Shown here one piece after another: positions 1 through 13,029 of a stretch of DNA of 64,000 nt. The notes under the pieces were generated by a model. It saw nothing but the letters and a program-made list of their open reading frames with translations. It was not told where the DNA came from and did no database searches. The stretch is from positions 52,082,001 through 52,146,000 of the forward strand of contig CM052817.1 of the NCBI GenBank assembly GCA_028534125.1. The letters run 5' to 3'. Every line of letters starts with the position of its first letter. The first letter of the stretch is position 1. The translations under genes were made by a program, and so were the position numbers. Source of the DNA: Lama glama (lineage: Eukaryota).

Positions 1-189
1 CAGTCTGTAGCCAATCCTGTGTTATGTCTTCTTGATTTTCTATTTTAATACTTTCTCTGAGTTTCATCTTTAAACTTATTTTCCATTCTCCTCTTTTTCT
101 TTTTCTCTCGGATGTGACCTCCTGCCTCTTAAAGGTAATCCTTTCACCTAATAACAGGTTTCCATTATTTCTTTTCTCCTCCAGAAAAT

Positions 190-2096
190 TTCTTTCTTCT
201 CTCTTCTCTCTTTCCCTGTCCTTTAGTTCCTCTATCCCCATAAACATAAGCATACCGACTACTTCTCTAAATAGAAAATAATCTCTCTGAATTCAGCTGC
301 TTACTTAATTATCTTGTGTTTATATAATTTCCAGATTTCTTGAAAGACACTCTGTCCTGATTTCTTTCTTCTCAAATATCAATCCAGTCAGTCCTTAATA
401 CATCACAAAAGTCTATTTTCATCATTCTATTCCATATTTCAACAAATGCTCCTCTAAAAGTAGTCAGTATCCTTATTATTTCCAGATTATGAATGCCCAT
501 TGTTTAGTTCTTACCTTTCTCTATAGCATTTCAATTCTCTTATTTTTAACATCATTTCATTCCTTGGCTTTAATAGTCTACATACTTCTAGTTTTTTTTT
601 ATTTATTGGACGACTTTTTCTTATTCATGCCTTTGACACCTCTTCCTCCTTGTTATAGCATTCTTTTCTTAATCTGTGTTTTTATTATTTATTTATTTAT
701 TTTTATTGAAGTATAGTTAGTTACAATGTGTCAATTTCTGGTGTACAGCATAATGTCCCAGTCATACATATAAATACCTATATTTGCTTTCATATTCCTT
801 TTCATTAAAGATTATAAGATATTGAATATAGTTCTCTCTGCTATACAGAAGAAATTTGGTTTTTGTCTATTTTTATATAATATGTGTTTTTAGTATTTTG
901 TTTTAAATCCTTATTCTTATCTTTACATTTTCTCTCTAATATATTTCATCAGTCCCTTAGCTGCATAGACAATAGTTGGAGATAGTGAACAAATGTGTCT
1001 ATAATCACAATCTTTTGTCAAGTTCTGTGAGTGGATTCCATAGAATGCTGAAGATAATGACCTAAATATACAATGGAATGTCATATTTATAATAACCAGA
1101 TCCAAATTTGTCATTTTCCCACTAATGAACTCTTATCCCAACTCTACTCTTAGTAACTGGCAGGTCCAATATTATAATTACCCAGAATTAATATTTAGAA
1201 GTAATACTCTACTTTTTAAAGTTTGTCACATCATATATCCTAATAATTGCCAAAACCTGTGCAGTCTGCCTTCTGTTAAATTCCCAGCACCCTGATCTAA
1301 GTTATTATTACCCTTTTGTTGGGTTGCTTAGATTCTCAAATAGTATTAGGGCCTCCAATATATACTGCCCTACCATAAAAATAAACACTTAAAATAATTG
1401 CCTTATCATGTCCACTGTTTATAGTATTAGACTTTGTCTTTTTATAACGTTTAGGGTCTCAAAAATCAAATATTAATGGGCCTTTTCAACAAGTATTATG
1501 AGTATTTTCCTGTACTCACTCATGTGCCAGTCAGATTTACCAGTCCTTGAGTATCTGTGTACTTTTCATTTTTACTGAAAGGCTTTCCCAATATTTCATG
1601 TTTCATCTCAATCTCTCAAATCTATATATTCTTCAAAACCTAGCTTTTATGTCATTTCCAGTATAAAACTATTCCTAGTTTACTCCTTACTGATATATTC
1701 ATTTTTCCACAAATTTTCATCTTATAATAATAAGTGCATCTTTTGGGGCATTTATTAAATCATTTTTTCTTAAGGTTTTGTGCATTCTTTTGAAAAACAG
1801 TTACTGAGCACTTCACTTCCTTTTGAATGAGGCCTATCCTACCCACCCATTTAACATTGCAACTCTTCCCCTGTACTGACAATCCCCATTATTCTTTATT
1901 GTCATACTCATCAACTTTTAAAATACCATGCATTTATATAATTATGTTTATTGTATACTATCTTTTTTGTGCACTACGATGAAAGCTTTATGAATACAAT
2001 AGTTTTTATCTATTTCGTTCGCTAATATATTCCCAGTGTCTAAAATTATGCCTAGTACCAAGTAGAAATTCAACAAAAATTTGTTGAATGAATGAA
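190..2096 (+). mobile_element. Ancient L2 LINE remnant (3' part), interrupted by a young L1 3' end
   Basis: Pyrimidine-rich L2-like sequence ending in the typical L2 tail 'ttgttgaatgaatgaa' at about 2081-2096. Boundaries approximate. Confidence 0.7.
685..877 (-). mobile_element. 5'-truncated lineage-specific L1 3' end
   Basis: T-rich tail followed by 'ttattgaagtatagttagttacaatgtgtcaatttctggtgtacagcataatg'. Flanked by a 15-bp target-site duplication (TSD) with one mismatch: taatctgtgttttta (670-684) and taatatgtgttttta (878-892). Confidence 0.9.
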
Positions 2097-2099
2097 CAC

Positions 2100-2758
2100 C
2101 AAATCTATTCCAAGTACAGTGGATTCTGCAGTAAATGATACAGGCACAACTCATGAGATTATTATTTAGGGAGGGAAATAGATATTAAACATAGAATTAA
2201 ACTAGAATTAGAAGTGTTGAAAAGGAAAATAATGACCTAGTCTGCACAAATGATATTTAATCTGAACCTAGAAGATATATAAATATTATTCTGCAATGAG
2301 CTGTCCAGGTGAAAAAATAGCATATCATACAGCTTAAGTGGTGTGAGTAAGATGTACACCAAGCAGCTGGAAAGAGAAGCCCGGGTTACATTATGTAGAA
2401 TTTTATCCTAATAGCATTGAACAGTCATTACAGAATTTTAACACAAAGAACTGCAGTGATCATGCTTATATTTTTTAAACTATCGTCTTGGCTGTTTCTA
2501 TTAGAAATGGATTGAGGAAACAAGGGTTCATAAGAAAAAGCTGCTTAGTAGCCTATTACAACAATTTACATGTGTGTGTTGGTAGGGGGATGGTGACTTG
2601 GATTAGGATGGTAGCAGTAGAACATGGAGACAAGTGAAAGAGTAACTTTTCACATATGTGATTTTCACAAAGACATTGCAAATGGCTTGAGAGCAAGGAC
2701 AAAATTTCAAACATTTTGCCTGTTGTCTGAGTGGCACCTTCATACTGAGGAAATGGCA
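2100..2758 (-). mobile_element. L2 remnant
   Basis: Purine-rich antisense L2 motifs, e.g. 'tggtgacttggattaggatggtagcagtaga'. Confidence 0.6.
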
Positions 2759-2759
2759 T

Positions 2760-2978
2760 TAGGTTTGGCTTCAGATAAATCAGAGTGTGTAGTTCACTTT
2801 CATCCCCTTTTAAACTATGTAATTTTATTAAGTACTCAACTTCCTAGGCCTCAGATTCTCCTCCTATATATTAGAAATGATCACATACCACTTATGGAGC
2901 TTTGATAAAACCTAAATAAGATTGTGCATGCAAATCTCCTAACAGAAATCCTAATATGCAGGCCCTCAATAAATATGC
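2760..2978 (+). mobile_element. MIR SINE
   Basis: Core-like 'tactcaacttcctaggcctcagattctcctcctatat' and 3' 'ggccctcaataaatatg'. Confidence 0.75.
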
Positions 2979-3489
2979 TCCCTTAAGGGACTGTATAGTT
3001 CTTTAAGTGCTTTTTTTTTGGCACCCATTTTTACTTAAAAATTGTAAACATTAGTATCAGATAATTTGGGGAGAAGACTGATTTTCTTTTCAAAAATACA
3101 AGCAAATAAACCTTTAAATTATGTTAAAATTGATTTAGACATTCTCAAATGATTATTACAGACTTTCAAAAACTACCAATTGGAATAATGTATCTAAAAT
3201 AAACGACTTATTCTCCACTATTTATGTATGCTTTAAATATGACACTTTTTAATTTGGGGATCACTGCTCTTCCACAGTTTACTTAGTCCTATCTTCTAAT
3301 TTTCATTTTGATATATCTTTTGGGGCAAACACAGAACAGATAATCATTTAAGGATATATATATGTAATTTATTAAATGGGATTAATAGCATGGCTTTACA
3401 AGCAATTTCAAAATAAACGTTTTTCTGCTGGCATCTCCTTTGTATATCTTCTTAAAATATACTTGCTCTATATATTCGATAATTGAATA

Positions 3490-3620
3490 ATCCTTTTTTA
3501 AATTTTATAAATGAGAAAACTGTGTCCTAAGGTAATTAATTGGTATGCTTAATATTACATAGTTACTTGATGTCAAAATTTATTGTCTTTTATTTCTAAA
3601 TTAGCACATCTTTTGGCTAT
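3490..3620 (-). mobile_element. MIR fragment
   Basis: 'attttataaatgagaaaactgtg' resembles the antisense MIR core. Confidence 0.55.
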
Positions 3621-3759
3621 ACCAACAATTTCTTATGAGTTATTTCTTTTCTCACATGTAACTTCTACTAACATGACACTCCTGATAACCCAGGAAGATT
3701 CAGTGAAAACAAAAAGTGATAGATCAAGAAAGGGAGGGAAATGAGAAGAGAAAGCAGGG

Positions 3760-3927
3760 CAGGAGGACAGGGGAGATTCTTTCCTAGAGTCTTAAGAGAG
3801 AGTATGGCCATGCTGATCCTTTGATTTTGAACTTCTAGCTTCTAGAACCATGAGACAATGGATTTCTGTTGTTTTAAGCCACCCAATTTGTGGTACTGTG
3901 TTACAGCAGTCCCAGGAAACTAATATA
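3760..3927 (+). mobile_element. MaLR LTR (MLT1-type), 3' part
   Basis: 'atttctgttgttttaagccacccaatttgtggtactgtgttacagcagtcccaggaaactaatata' is the typical MLT1 3' end. Confidence 0.85.
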
Positions 3928-5844
3928 GTCATATCGTCATCATCTTCTGAATAGTTTTCTTGCTGAGGATGACTGCTAAGGGCCCCTCTTGTAGACTAAT
4001 GTTTTTTGAACTGCTTCCAAAAGCTCCCAGAGGGGAAGACTCCTAGCGTGTCAGATTTGAGGAATCTCAAGTTTTTTCAGAATAGCTTGATCTTTTTTCA
4101 CCGGAATATAAAGAAAAGATAATTTGTTCAAGGACACACAGATTAGGTTTCAAAACTCACTATTACAGCTGACGTGAGTTTATGGATCTTTGCTGAGTCT
4201 GCAGATTTACAGAGAAACATCTGGCTTTGGAAAAGAGGAGAGAAATGCCTCAACTAATTACCAGGATTAAGAAATACTGTCTCAGTGATCAAGTAAACCA
4301 TATTAAGATGAAAAACACTTGTTAAAATATTAAATTATTAAGTCCTTGACTATGTTGTTTTTTAATATGGGCACAATTATTAATCATTTATAATGATTAT
4401 CTTTATTGTGGTTTAGACTTACATATGTTGAGGGATCACAGAAACTTGAAGTAGCACATGTGAACTGGTGATACAAAACCCAAGTACTGAAAAACATCTT
4501 CTTTGGTTATCCACATGGAAACATTCAAGTTTTGATTTAACCTCATTTGATTGTAGTGTGGCCCATAAAAATATGGGGCAAGCTTTTAAATGGCACCTAT
4601 TTAAAATGACATACCAATGAAACACGGCAAAATGAATCTCAGGGGAAGACAACTTAATAAGACTATAAATTTCTCAATATAAATTTAAATGAAATGCCTT
4701 ACGAGATTGTGAAGGATTGCTGGTTAGCCCCTGGCTATCAGGGAAATGGTGGAAAGGTCCCATGAGAACAAGAGCTTCTGAGAAAGAAAGGTTTTCTGTA
4801 AAAGGGGGATGTTATGTTGGGAAATTAATCTCAGCTGGAAAACCTAAAAGGGTCGAATTTAATGGGTTTTTGATAACCCTTATGTATATATGTGGTATTA
4901 CCTAGCTTTGAGGAACATTCTCTTTGTGTAATGGGCTTTGATATAATTTACAACCACCACTCATTTTTTTCAGTGATAAGTGGTATATTTTCCTAACCAC
5001 CCAGAACTGACATGCTGTGTGTCAAATCAGAAAATGTTTCATTTCATATGAAAAGGAAATGCTTTCATCAAAAACTGTTTCTTTCTAGAGAAATACTTGC
5101 AACACACATTTTTGACATACATTTTGGGGAAAAATTTCTTTTTCATTATCACAAAAAGTCGCCGTGGGCTGTGCTGAGGTACTGATTAATGCTTGCCTAG
5201 GTGATATTGAAGGCGCTCATGTTTCACTGTGCTCTCTAGACAGGCATTAATCGCTACCAACACACCATGTTGTCATTTCTGCTCCCAGGTTGGAAGCACT
5301 TTTTAAAAAATGCTTCAAAAATGGGATAAAAAACATGGTAAGAAAAAAAAAATACGAGTGAGAAGTTAAAGGAACTATAATCCTTATTACCCAGTTTCTA
5401 TTACCTAATTGTTTAAATTACTGCTGAATTAGGAGACTGTGCTAAGCCAACAGAGAAGGATGAAAATGTTTGTCAGTCTTTTGTCTTCAAGTCTTAATAG
5501 AAGTAAAAATAAAATCGAAGTCAGAATTGATATAACTTTGCTATTACTTTGTAGGAAAAGTAAGGCTTATTGTTTCAGTTGTCCTTAATTATAATTTGTA
5601 GGGAGGATTTTATAAGTCTTTGGTCTCTGATCTGAATAAATTGCTTGATGATGGACTTTAGATATTGATTAGAGTCTGGCAGCCTTTGGCCCTGCTCCCT
5701 ATTTAGTGCTGGCTGAAAACCAGAAGTATCCAGGCATAATTTTCAGGCATTTCTCCTTTGCATTCCCTTGAATCAGCTGTTAAACTTCCTTCTTAGCATG
5801 CTGTCAAAACGACTAATTATAATATCAGTAAAAAAGGACATGAT

Positions 5845-6070
5845 AAATAATAACAAAGACTGATAGAATTCTTTTCATGTTTCAGACCTTAAAATAAGCA
5901 TCTTACAAATATCAATTTGCTAATTTTCTGAGAATAATCCTGAAGTGTATTGCAGTATTATCTTTGTTTTGCAGAATATTTATAAATTAAGGTATACAGG
6001 AATGAGATCAGTTTTGCAAAACCACTAGGTAACACTTTAAACCCAGTTATATCTGATTATTCACTACACT
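5845..6070 (-). mobile_element. MIR SINE, degenerate
   Basis: 'aataatcctgaag...tattatctttgttttgcaga' and 'tttaaacccagttatatctgatt' follow the antisense MIR layout. Confidence 0.55.
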
Positions 6071-6154
6071 CTTAGTCATTACTCTCAGATAACTTTGCTG
6101 ATAGCACCTTGAGTGTTTTAGATTCTTCACAGAGAGAACAAAGAATGAGCTTTA

Positions 6155-6410
6155 GGGGGTGGGAGGTGGGAAGGGACAGCCTGGGATTTCAAAATTTGTA
6201 GATACTGACAGGCATATGTAGAATAGGTAAAAAAAGATTATACTGTATAGCACAGGGAAATATATACAAGATCTTGTGGTAGCTCACAGAAAAAAAAATG
6301 TGACAATGAATATGTGTATGTTCATGTATAACTGAATAATTGTGCTCTACACTGGAATTTGACACAACGTTGTAAAATGACTATAACGCAATAAAAAATA
6401 CAAAAAAACC
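6155..6410 (+). mobile_element. 5'-truncated young L1 3' end
   Basis: G-rich tract, then 'ttatactgtatagcacagggaaatatatacaa', AATAAA and an A-rich tail. TSD acaaagaa(tg/ca)agcttta at 6138-6154 and 6411-6427. Confidence 0.92.
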
Positions 6411-7659
6411 ACAAAGAACAAGCTTTATAAAAATATAAGTAACAAAATTAAATGATTGATTAAAGGTGCTGGGATGGCAGGACAATTTTTCGTATGAATA
6501 CTATTTCCGCCATTAGGGCCATAAATTCTTCTTAAGAAAAAAATCATTCTTAATAGAAAATAAGAAGTATTCTTATTCTATACAAGTCATATGAAAGGTG
6601 ATTTCCACTAGATTGCTTACAAATATGTCCCTTAATCAAATCTATGTTTGAAATATTATTCCTTAAATATCCTACCATAAAAAATATAGTAAACACTGTA
6701 TGTTATTATCAAATGAATAGATAAAAAATAAAAGGTTGAGCATAGAACGTAACAGGGTGAACTTGATAACAGTTATTATTGATCTTTATTGCCTTAACAA
6801 CCCAATATTGCAAAGGATTTTTTAAAAATGGCGGAATATCATATGCTTTGGTCATACTAAACATACCAGGTCATACCAGGCTTATACTAAAGAATATTTG
6901 TAAACTATAATGAAATAGAAAGAGAGGAAACAGAGCAAGAGAGAAAAATGCTTACCTTTATTCAAAAGACTAACGAAATACTGTAATTACACCATAGTAC
7001 TTTTATAAATTATTTCTAATATTTCTATGTGGTCACTATATTTCATTTTTTCTCAATTTACCTTGAGGTTGACTTATTGTGAAGAAAGCTTTAGTTTATA
7101 ATGATTACATTGCAACAAATATATATTACGTGGAATGAAAATATATTATACATGTAATAATTTTGTATGTATATGTAATGGTAGGTACTCTCAGTGGAAC
7201 ATAGAAGAGTAGTGGATGTGGGTTTCTCGTATTTCAGGAAATAAGACCTGCCTGTAGAGAATTTAAATGCAGTAATAACAGCAAATAAAGTTTACTCTAT
7301 TTTTCATTATTACCATCCAGCAATTCTAAATAATGCCAGTGACAAAATACTTCTTGACATACTACTTTTTTCCTTGATATTTCACTGATACTCATTATTA
7401 GAAAGATTTATGAACAGCAAATAAGGTAATACGAGCCTATTAAGAACACTGTCTAATTGAGAAAACATTGTCATAATTAACATGGCTATTTTATGTTTGT
7501 TCATTCTTACATTTTCAATAATTTTTTACTATATACCTATAAATACAGAGATAGAAATTCACAGAAGAGTGTGATATAACATCTTTCCCAAAGGAGCCCA
7601 GCAGCAGGAATGCTGGAGAGAGACCCTTAAATATGCAAGTGAAATAAAGCTAATATTGT

Positions 7660-7762
7660 TCATGCTCCATCTTAAACTTCCATGTGTTCATACCCTAAAA
7701 ACTCATCAAGGTGTGCACTATAATGTGTAATTTTTATATGTATTTTTAACTTCAATAAAAAG
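7660..7762 (+). mobile_element. Old L1 (L1M-type) 3' terminus fragment
   Basis: 'aaaactcatcaaggtgtgcact...aacttcaataaaa' resembles old L1 3' ends. Confidence 0.5.
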
Positions 7763-7869
7763 TTTATTGAAAAGCTAAAAAGTTGAATTGAATATACATG
7801 GGAACATCATGTTAACTTCATTAACTATAAAATTTTGTATGCATAAGGTTTCAGTTATACATTTTTTAA

Positions 7870-8608
7870 TTAAAAACTTTATTTTTTAGGGCAGTTTTAA
7901 GTTCACAGCAAAACTGAGCAGAAATTCCAGAATTCCCATGTGCCCCTTGTCTCCACACATGCACAACCTCCTCCACTATGAGTATCCTACATCAGAGTGG
8001 TACATTTGTTATAATTAATGAACCTACTCTGACACATTATTATCACTCAAAGTCCATAATTTACATTAGGGTTCACTTTGGTGTAGAATGTTCCATGGGT
8101 TTGGACAAGTGTATAATGACATGTATCCATCATTATAATATCGTATAGAATATTTTCACTCCCCTAAAAATCCTATGTGCTCTGCCTATTCACCCCTCCC
8201 TTCCTTCCACTTTAGCCCTGACAACCAATGATCTATTTACTGTCACCATAATTTTGCCTTTTCCAGAATGTCATCCAGAATAATATAGTAGGTGTCTTTT
8301 CAGCCTGGCTTCTTCCACTTAGTAATATGCATTTAAATTTTCTCCATGTCTTTTTATGGCTTAATAGTTCATTTATTTTAGCACTGACTAATATTCTCCA
8401 TTGTCTAGAGATACCACCATTCATTTATGTATTCATCTACTGAAGGACATCTTGGTTACCTCCAAGTTTTGGCAATTATGAATAAAGCTGCTGTAAACAT
8501 CCAGGTATGGTTTTTGTGTAGATGGAAGTTTGCAGCTCCTTTGGGTAAATACCAAGGAGTACAATTGCTGATATGATATGATAAGTGTATGTTTTGTTTT
8601 AGAAGAAA
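7870..8608 (-). mobile_element. Old L1 3' end (L1MC1-like)
   Basis: 'gcagttttaagttcacagcaaaactgagca', 'cagagtggtacatttgttataattaatgaacctac' and 'ttggcaattatgaataaagctgctgtaaacat'. Confidence 0.88.
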
Positions 8609-8924
8609 GATTATATATTTTTTAAGATTTAGAGGTTAGCTTTCTTGATTCACAAGAATTCCTAAAATACATAATGATTGTCATAAGCAATAGCTATTAA
8701 ATTAGTTACTTTGGGCTAAATTTAAAATCCAAAAAAAGAGAATATTATAAACAAAAAATTGTTAAGTAAAATATGGATACATTTTCATATATTTGATACC
8801 AAGTAGATTAAGGCCTTCAAAATAATGGTACTCATTTAATTTTTTTCTCCTCTACTTACTAGAAGAAAATAAATTCTGGAAAATTAGGGCTTGGTTAATT
8901 ACACAGTGCTTAATATCTAAAATG

Positions 8925-8978
8925 ATATATACATAGATATATAGATATATATATATACACACACATATATATGTATAA
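8925..8978. repeat. (TA)n/(CA)n low-complexity microsatellite
   Basis: Visible directly in the sequence. Confidence 0.85.
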
Positions 8979-9574
8979 ATAGATAGAAAAATACATCAGA
9001 AATGTTTCTTGATTATGCATTGTGCATGAAGTTTTAGTAAGCCACTTCAGAAATTAACCACTTCTTAAATAAAGCTTTAACTAAATTGCATAGAAAAACA
9101 TTACCTACTCTAAAGCAATGTAAATTTAAAAGAAAAAATACTGAATTTGGTAGAATTCTATAGAAACCAGGAAATTTATTAAGCCATAATTAAATACCTA
9201 ATGAATTATAAATATAATATTGATGTACAGTAGAATTTCATACAACTGATATGCTTGCTTTTTTATAGGGGGGATTTATATTGGAAAAAGAGGAAAACTG
9301 AACCTATGTTAAAAACTACATTTTTTATCAGTTTCTTACACTATAGTTTTCTGCTTTTGAATTTCATTTTAAATTGAGTCCACATCTGTTAGTTAAAAAG
9401 AAAAAAAACCTGTGACTATCATAAAACTTGTCAAGAATTTAAGCAAAATACCAAATAAATTTAACATTGTATATATTATATACAGTTTTAAGGCCAATTT
9501 CCATTCAAAAAATGCAGGAAAAAAAAGGGAAAAGAAAAGAAAGAAAGCTTTGGAAGAATAAGTAACATTTGATA

Positions 9575-9866
9575 GTGATTCCTGGGGTTCCTGGCCCCAT
9601 CCCTGGAGGTTAACATGTAGCAAGTGTTGGGATATCCCAGGAATTTGTCTTTCGAACAACCTCCCAGGTTGTTCTGCTGCAAAGTTTTGCTAGTCTGGAA
9701 ACCCTGCCCGCAGTGCTACTCACCCACTGTGTAGTCCGTACAGCAGCAACCCCAGCTTCCCCAGAGAGACTGTCAGAAATGCAGACGCCCAGACCTACTG
9801 AATCCAAATTTAACAAGGTTCTCAGATGATGTGTATGTTCATTGCAGTTTGAGGAGCTGTACCCTA
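9575..9866. mobile_element. Two adjacent MER5-family (hAT-Charlie) MITE remnants
   Basis: 'cccaggaatttgtctttcgaacaacctcccaggttgttctg' and 'agaaatgcagacgcccagacctactgaatcc...ttaacaagg...gtttgaggagc'. Confidence 0.75.
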
Positions 9867-10794
9867 GAGCATTAAAGAACGGAAATTTTCTTCAGGAAGG
9901 TGGCAAATATGTAATATAACAAAATTAACCCTAAAGATCTACTGTAATCTTATGCACTCTAAAACTTTGTGTACATTAACGTGAAATACGAGGTAAAAGC
10001 AAATTGGAATAGTTTTTATGACATTTCATTAAATAAAAATATCGTGGGAATTATTAAAAGCACTGAACACAGATAAGATTATTTTACAGCTGAATGGTAT
10101 TAATTATTAAATTACATAAACTGTTGAGATTATAATTTGTTTATATGCTGTCTATCTTCATTTCTATTTTGAAAAATTATAATCTTAGTTTGAATGCTAC
10201 TAAGAATCAATATTAAGTATACCAGCAGTAAAAAAGATAGCCTCTTAGAGAAATAACCCTGTAGGGCCCAAATTCTGCTAAAGAATGAGCTCTGTGTTTA
10301 CTTAATTTGTCAGGAAAATCCAGGATAATCTGTCACACTGTCATTCAATGTAAAGCATGCCTTTTTCTGTTTCTTTCTTTTCCCATGATTCTTACTCTTC
10401 TAATGGGGTCATTTCTAACTTGACAATTCATGTGCCTCATCTCTGCTAAGCATATTTTCTAATGTGTCACCAAAGTGGTAATTTATCTTTCCTTGTCCCT
10501 TATCACTAGGTATGAAGCATTTAATAATTGACACTTACATGGTCTGTATTAAATCATTTTGTCAGCAGTCTTTCATTTATTGAGCTCCACACAATCATAG
10601 CTCTTGGTCCCCATGATTTGAAAAGAAGCAAATCTATATTGTCATGAGAAATATCACCTTCCTCAGTGGTGGAAGTGTCAAATAGTCATCATGTTTGTTC
10701 TCTAGTGTGTTTCAAATAATTTGAGAAAAGGACAACAACTGCAAAAGTTCAGGTCCTGCATTTCTGGAAATTCCAGTCAATATGGAAAAGAGAA

Positions 10795-10968
10795 GTACTG
10801 TGATTAGAGTGAAAAACAGCTCTTTTTAGTAAGAATTAGAAGAGTCGAAGCACTCTCTTTTATGGCCTTGAGCAAGGCTTTATCCCTATTTCTCATCTAT
10901 AAAAATGAACAGATTGTACCAAATGAGCATTAACTCACATTCTAGGTTTAACATTACCTAATTCTATG
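10795..10968 (+). mobile_element. MIR3-like SINE
   Basis: 'ccttgagcaag...tttctcatctataaaaatgaa...ttctaggtttaacattacctaattctatg'. Confidence 0.6.
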
Positions 10969-11195
10969 CGAATGATTCCTGTTACCTCTTGGAGAATAAA
11001 AACGTTGTGAAACAGTTTCATAAATTATATATAAGCATTTAAAACTAAATGTGAATATTGAATGCCTCTTACTTTATTTACCCTGAAGGAATGAGTACAG
11101 TGATGGGATTTGAAACATGTGCCCTAATGGCATAGAAATATCTGAGCCAGGAGAATTTTCAATGTCATTTTAATCCCACCACAGTAGTACCCCCG

Positions 11196-11242
11196 CCACA
11201 CACACACACAGACATGCATATATATTCGCATATACACACACA
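11196..11242. repeat. (CA)n microsatellite, interrupted
   Basis: Visible directly in the sequence. Confidence 0.85.
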
Positions 11243-12740
11243 GTTTCTGCCATAATTTCTTGATGGGCATGGGATATTAACAAAGAACAATTGGCTAAAA
11301 TCTGGAAACATGACTAATGAGTTATGTGAAGGAAGAAGAGAGATGAAGGGTACTTCAGGATATAAAAAGGAAATTGGAAAGAGGTTTATGCCTCCCACCT
11401 AGATGGTTGTGTTCACATGCTGAAGGGAGGGAGTAAAACTTGTCATTTTTTTTTAAACCTGTCATTGTTAATACTATTTTTAAGAAATATCCCAAAGCAT
11501 ATCAGTGTTCAATTAAACTTCTTTTATTCCATAGTGTTTTCATTACATGCCATAGATCATGGTCCCTGAAACATATGATTCTTTATTAAATCATACTTAT
11601 TAAAAACTGACATATCCCAGTTTCTGCATGAAACAGACATCATTAAATAATTTACCTAAGTAAAATTAGAGATGGAAAGTAAGCATTGCTAAAAATTTAG
11701 CACACTCCTTTTATAGTATACGTAATAAACCACTGATTATGTTTATCTTTGATCTATGTATATTCTTATAAGTAAAGGACAACTATATAGTTTGATGTTT
11801 AAAAAACAAAAACAAAAACCTTCATTTCCTCTTAGTACATAGTATATCTTGGCACAACTGCCACTGAATCAACTTAAAAATAAAATAACTTGAAATTGTA
11901 TCTGATATTTCCCTAGGGTGCAAAAAAAATTTCTGTTTATGCCTTCTGATAAATTTGCGTTTTAAGAAGCAGATTAAAATTTTATCTGCGACCTTAAATT
12001 AGTGTGAAAAATGTCATCTAGAATAGGCCTAAGACATGATTACCTCATTTAACCTAATGTGAGTCACAGGTTTGATAGAATTCTGGCATGAAGCAGAGAA
12101 CTAAGAAACTTTATTCAAAGCAATAGGTTATTATTACTATTAATGTAAAAAGAATTTTATGTTATTTTCCTACTGAGAAGTTTCCTATTCAACTTTACAA
12201 CCCTGCTGTTGTGGTGGAAATTGAGACACAATATGGTGAATATTTCCTGAAGTCTTATTTGTGATGATATAAAATTTGTGATTCATTGGCTGAAAGCAAC
12301 ATAAAATTAGGTATTAGTGTTCTACTGGGAGTTTTTCCTTTGTTGAATACTATTATGTTATGTTTTTCATATCCTGCCACCTGAAAAAATTTGAAAGATA
12401 CACAAGGCATATTATTTTTTTGTTGTTCTAGTAATATGTAAGGTTTGGTTGCTGTTTTACAATGGATCAGAGATCATTTTAAACTGGTTGGCCATGATTC
12501 AACAGAGTTATATTAATTCCTAGAACTACAAAAACTCCTTTTGTATTTATTTTCTAATAAGATAATGAGACAATGAAGAAGAAAAAATAGACATTCTTTT
12601 CTTTTGAAGTTTAATGTTTATTTTTCATTATATAATAATGAATATTCATTATAGAGATATTAAAAAAATACGGGGAAGTTCGCAAACAGTGAGTTAGTCT
12701 TTTTTTTTTGTAATTGTTTTAGTGTTAGGTTTTTTTTAAA

Positions 12741-12803
12741 CTTTTTTTTATTGAGTTACAGTCATTTTAGAATGTTGTGTCAAATTCCAGTGTAGGGCAC
12801 AAT
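12741..12803 (-). mobile_element. Very short young L1 3' terminus (same subfamily as 6155-6410)
   Basis: 'ttattgagttacagtcattttagaatgttgtgtcaaattccagtgtag' closely matches the reverse complement of about 6348-6395. Degenerate TSD tgttaggt/tgctaggt. Confidence 0.85.
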
Positions 12804-13029
12804 TGCTAGGTATTTTTAATCAAGCAAGTAATATTCAAGTAAAAGCTCCATAAAAGAAATTCAAATATATTACAAAAAGCATTTACATCTTCACATGATA
12901 AAAGAAAAAACAATTTGGAAAACCAGTTCTTTCTGTCAAAAGTTTATTTTTCCTCTCAAATATATTTCTGTACTTTAATACATGTACTATATAAGTAAAT
13001 GTATGACCCATTAAAGAGATACCTTTGAT

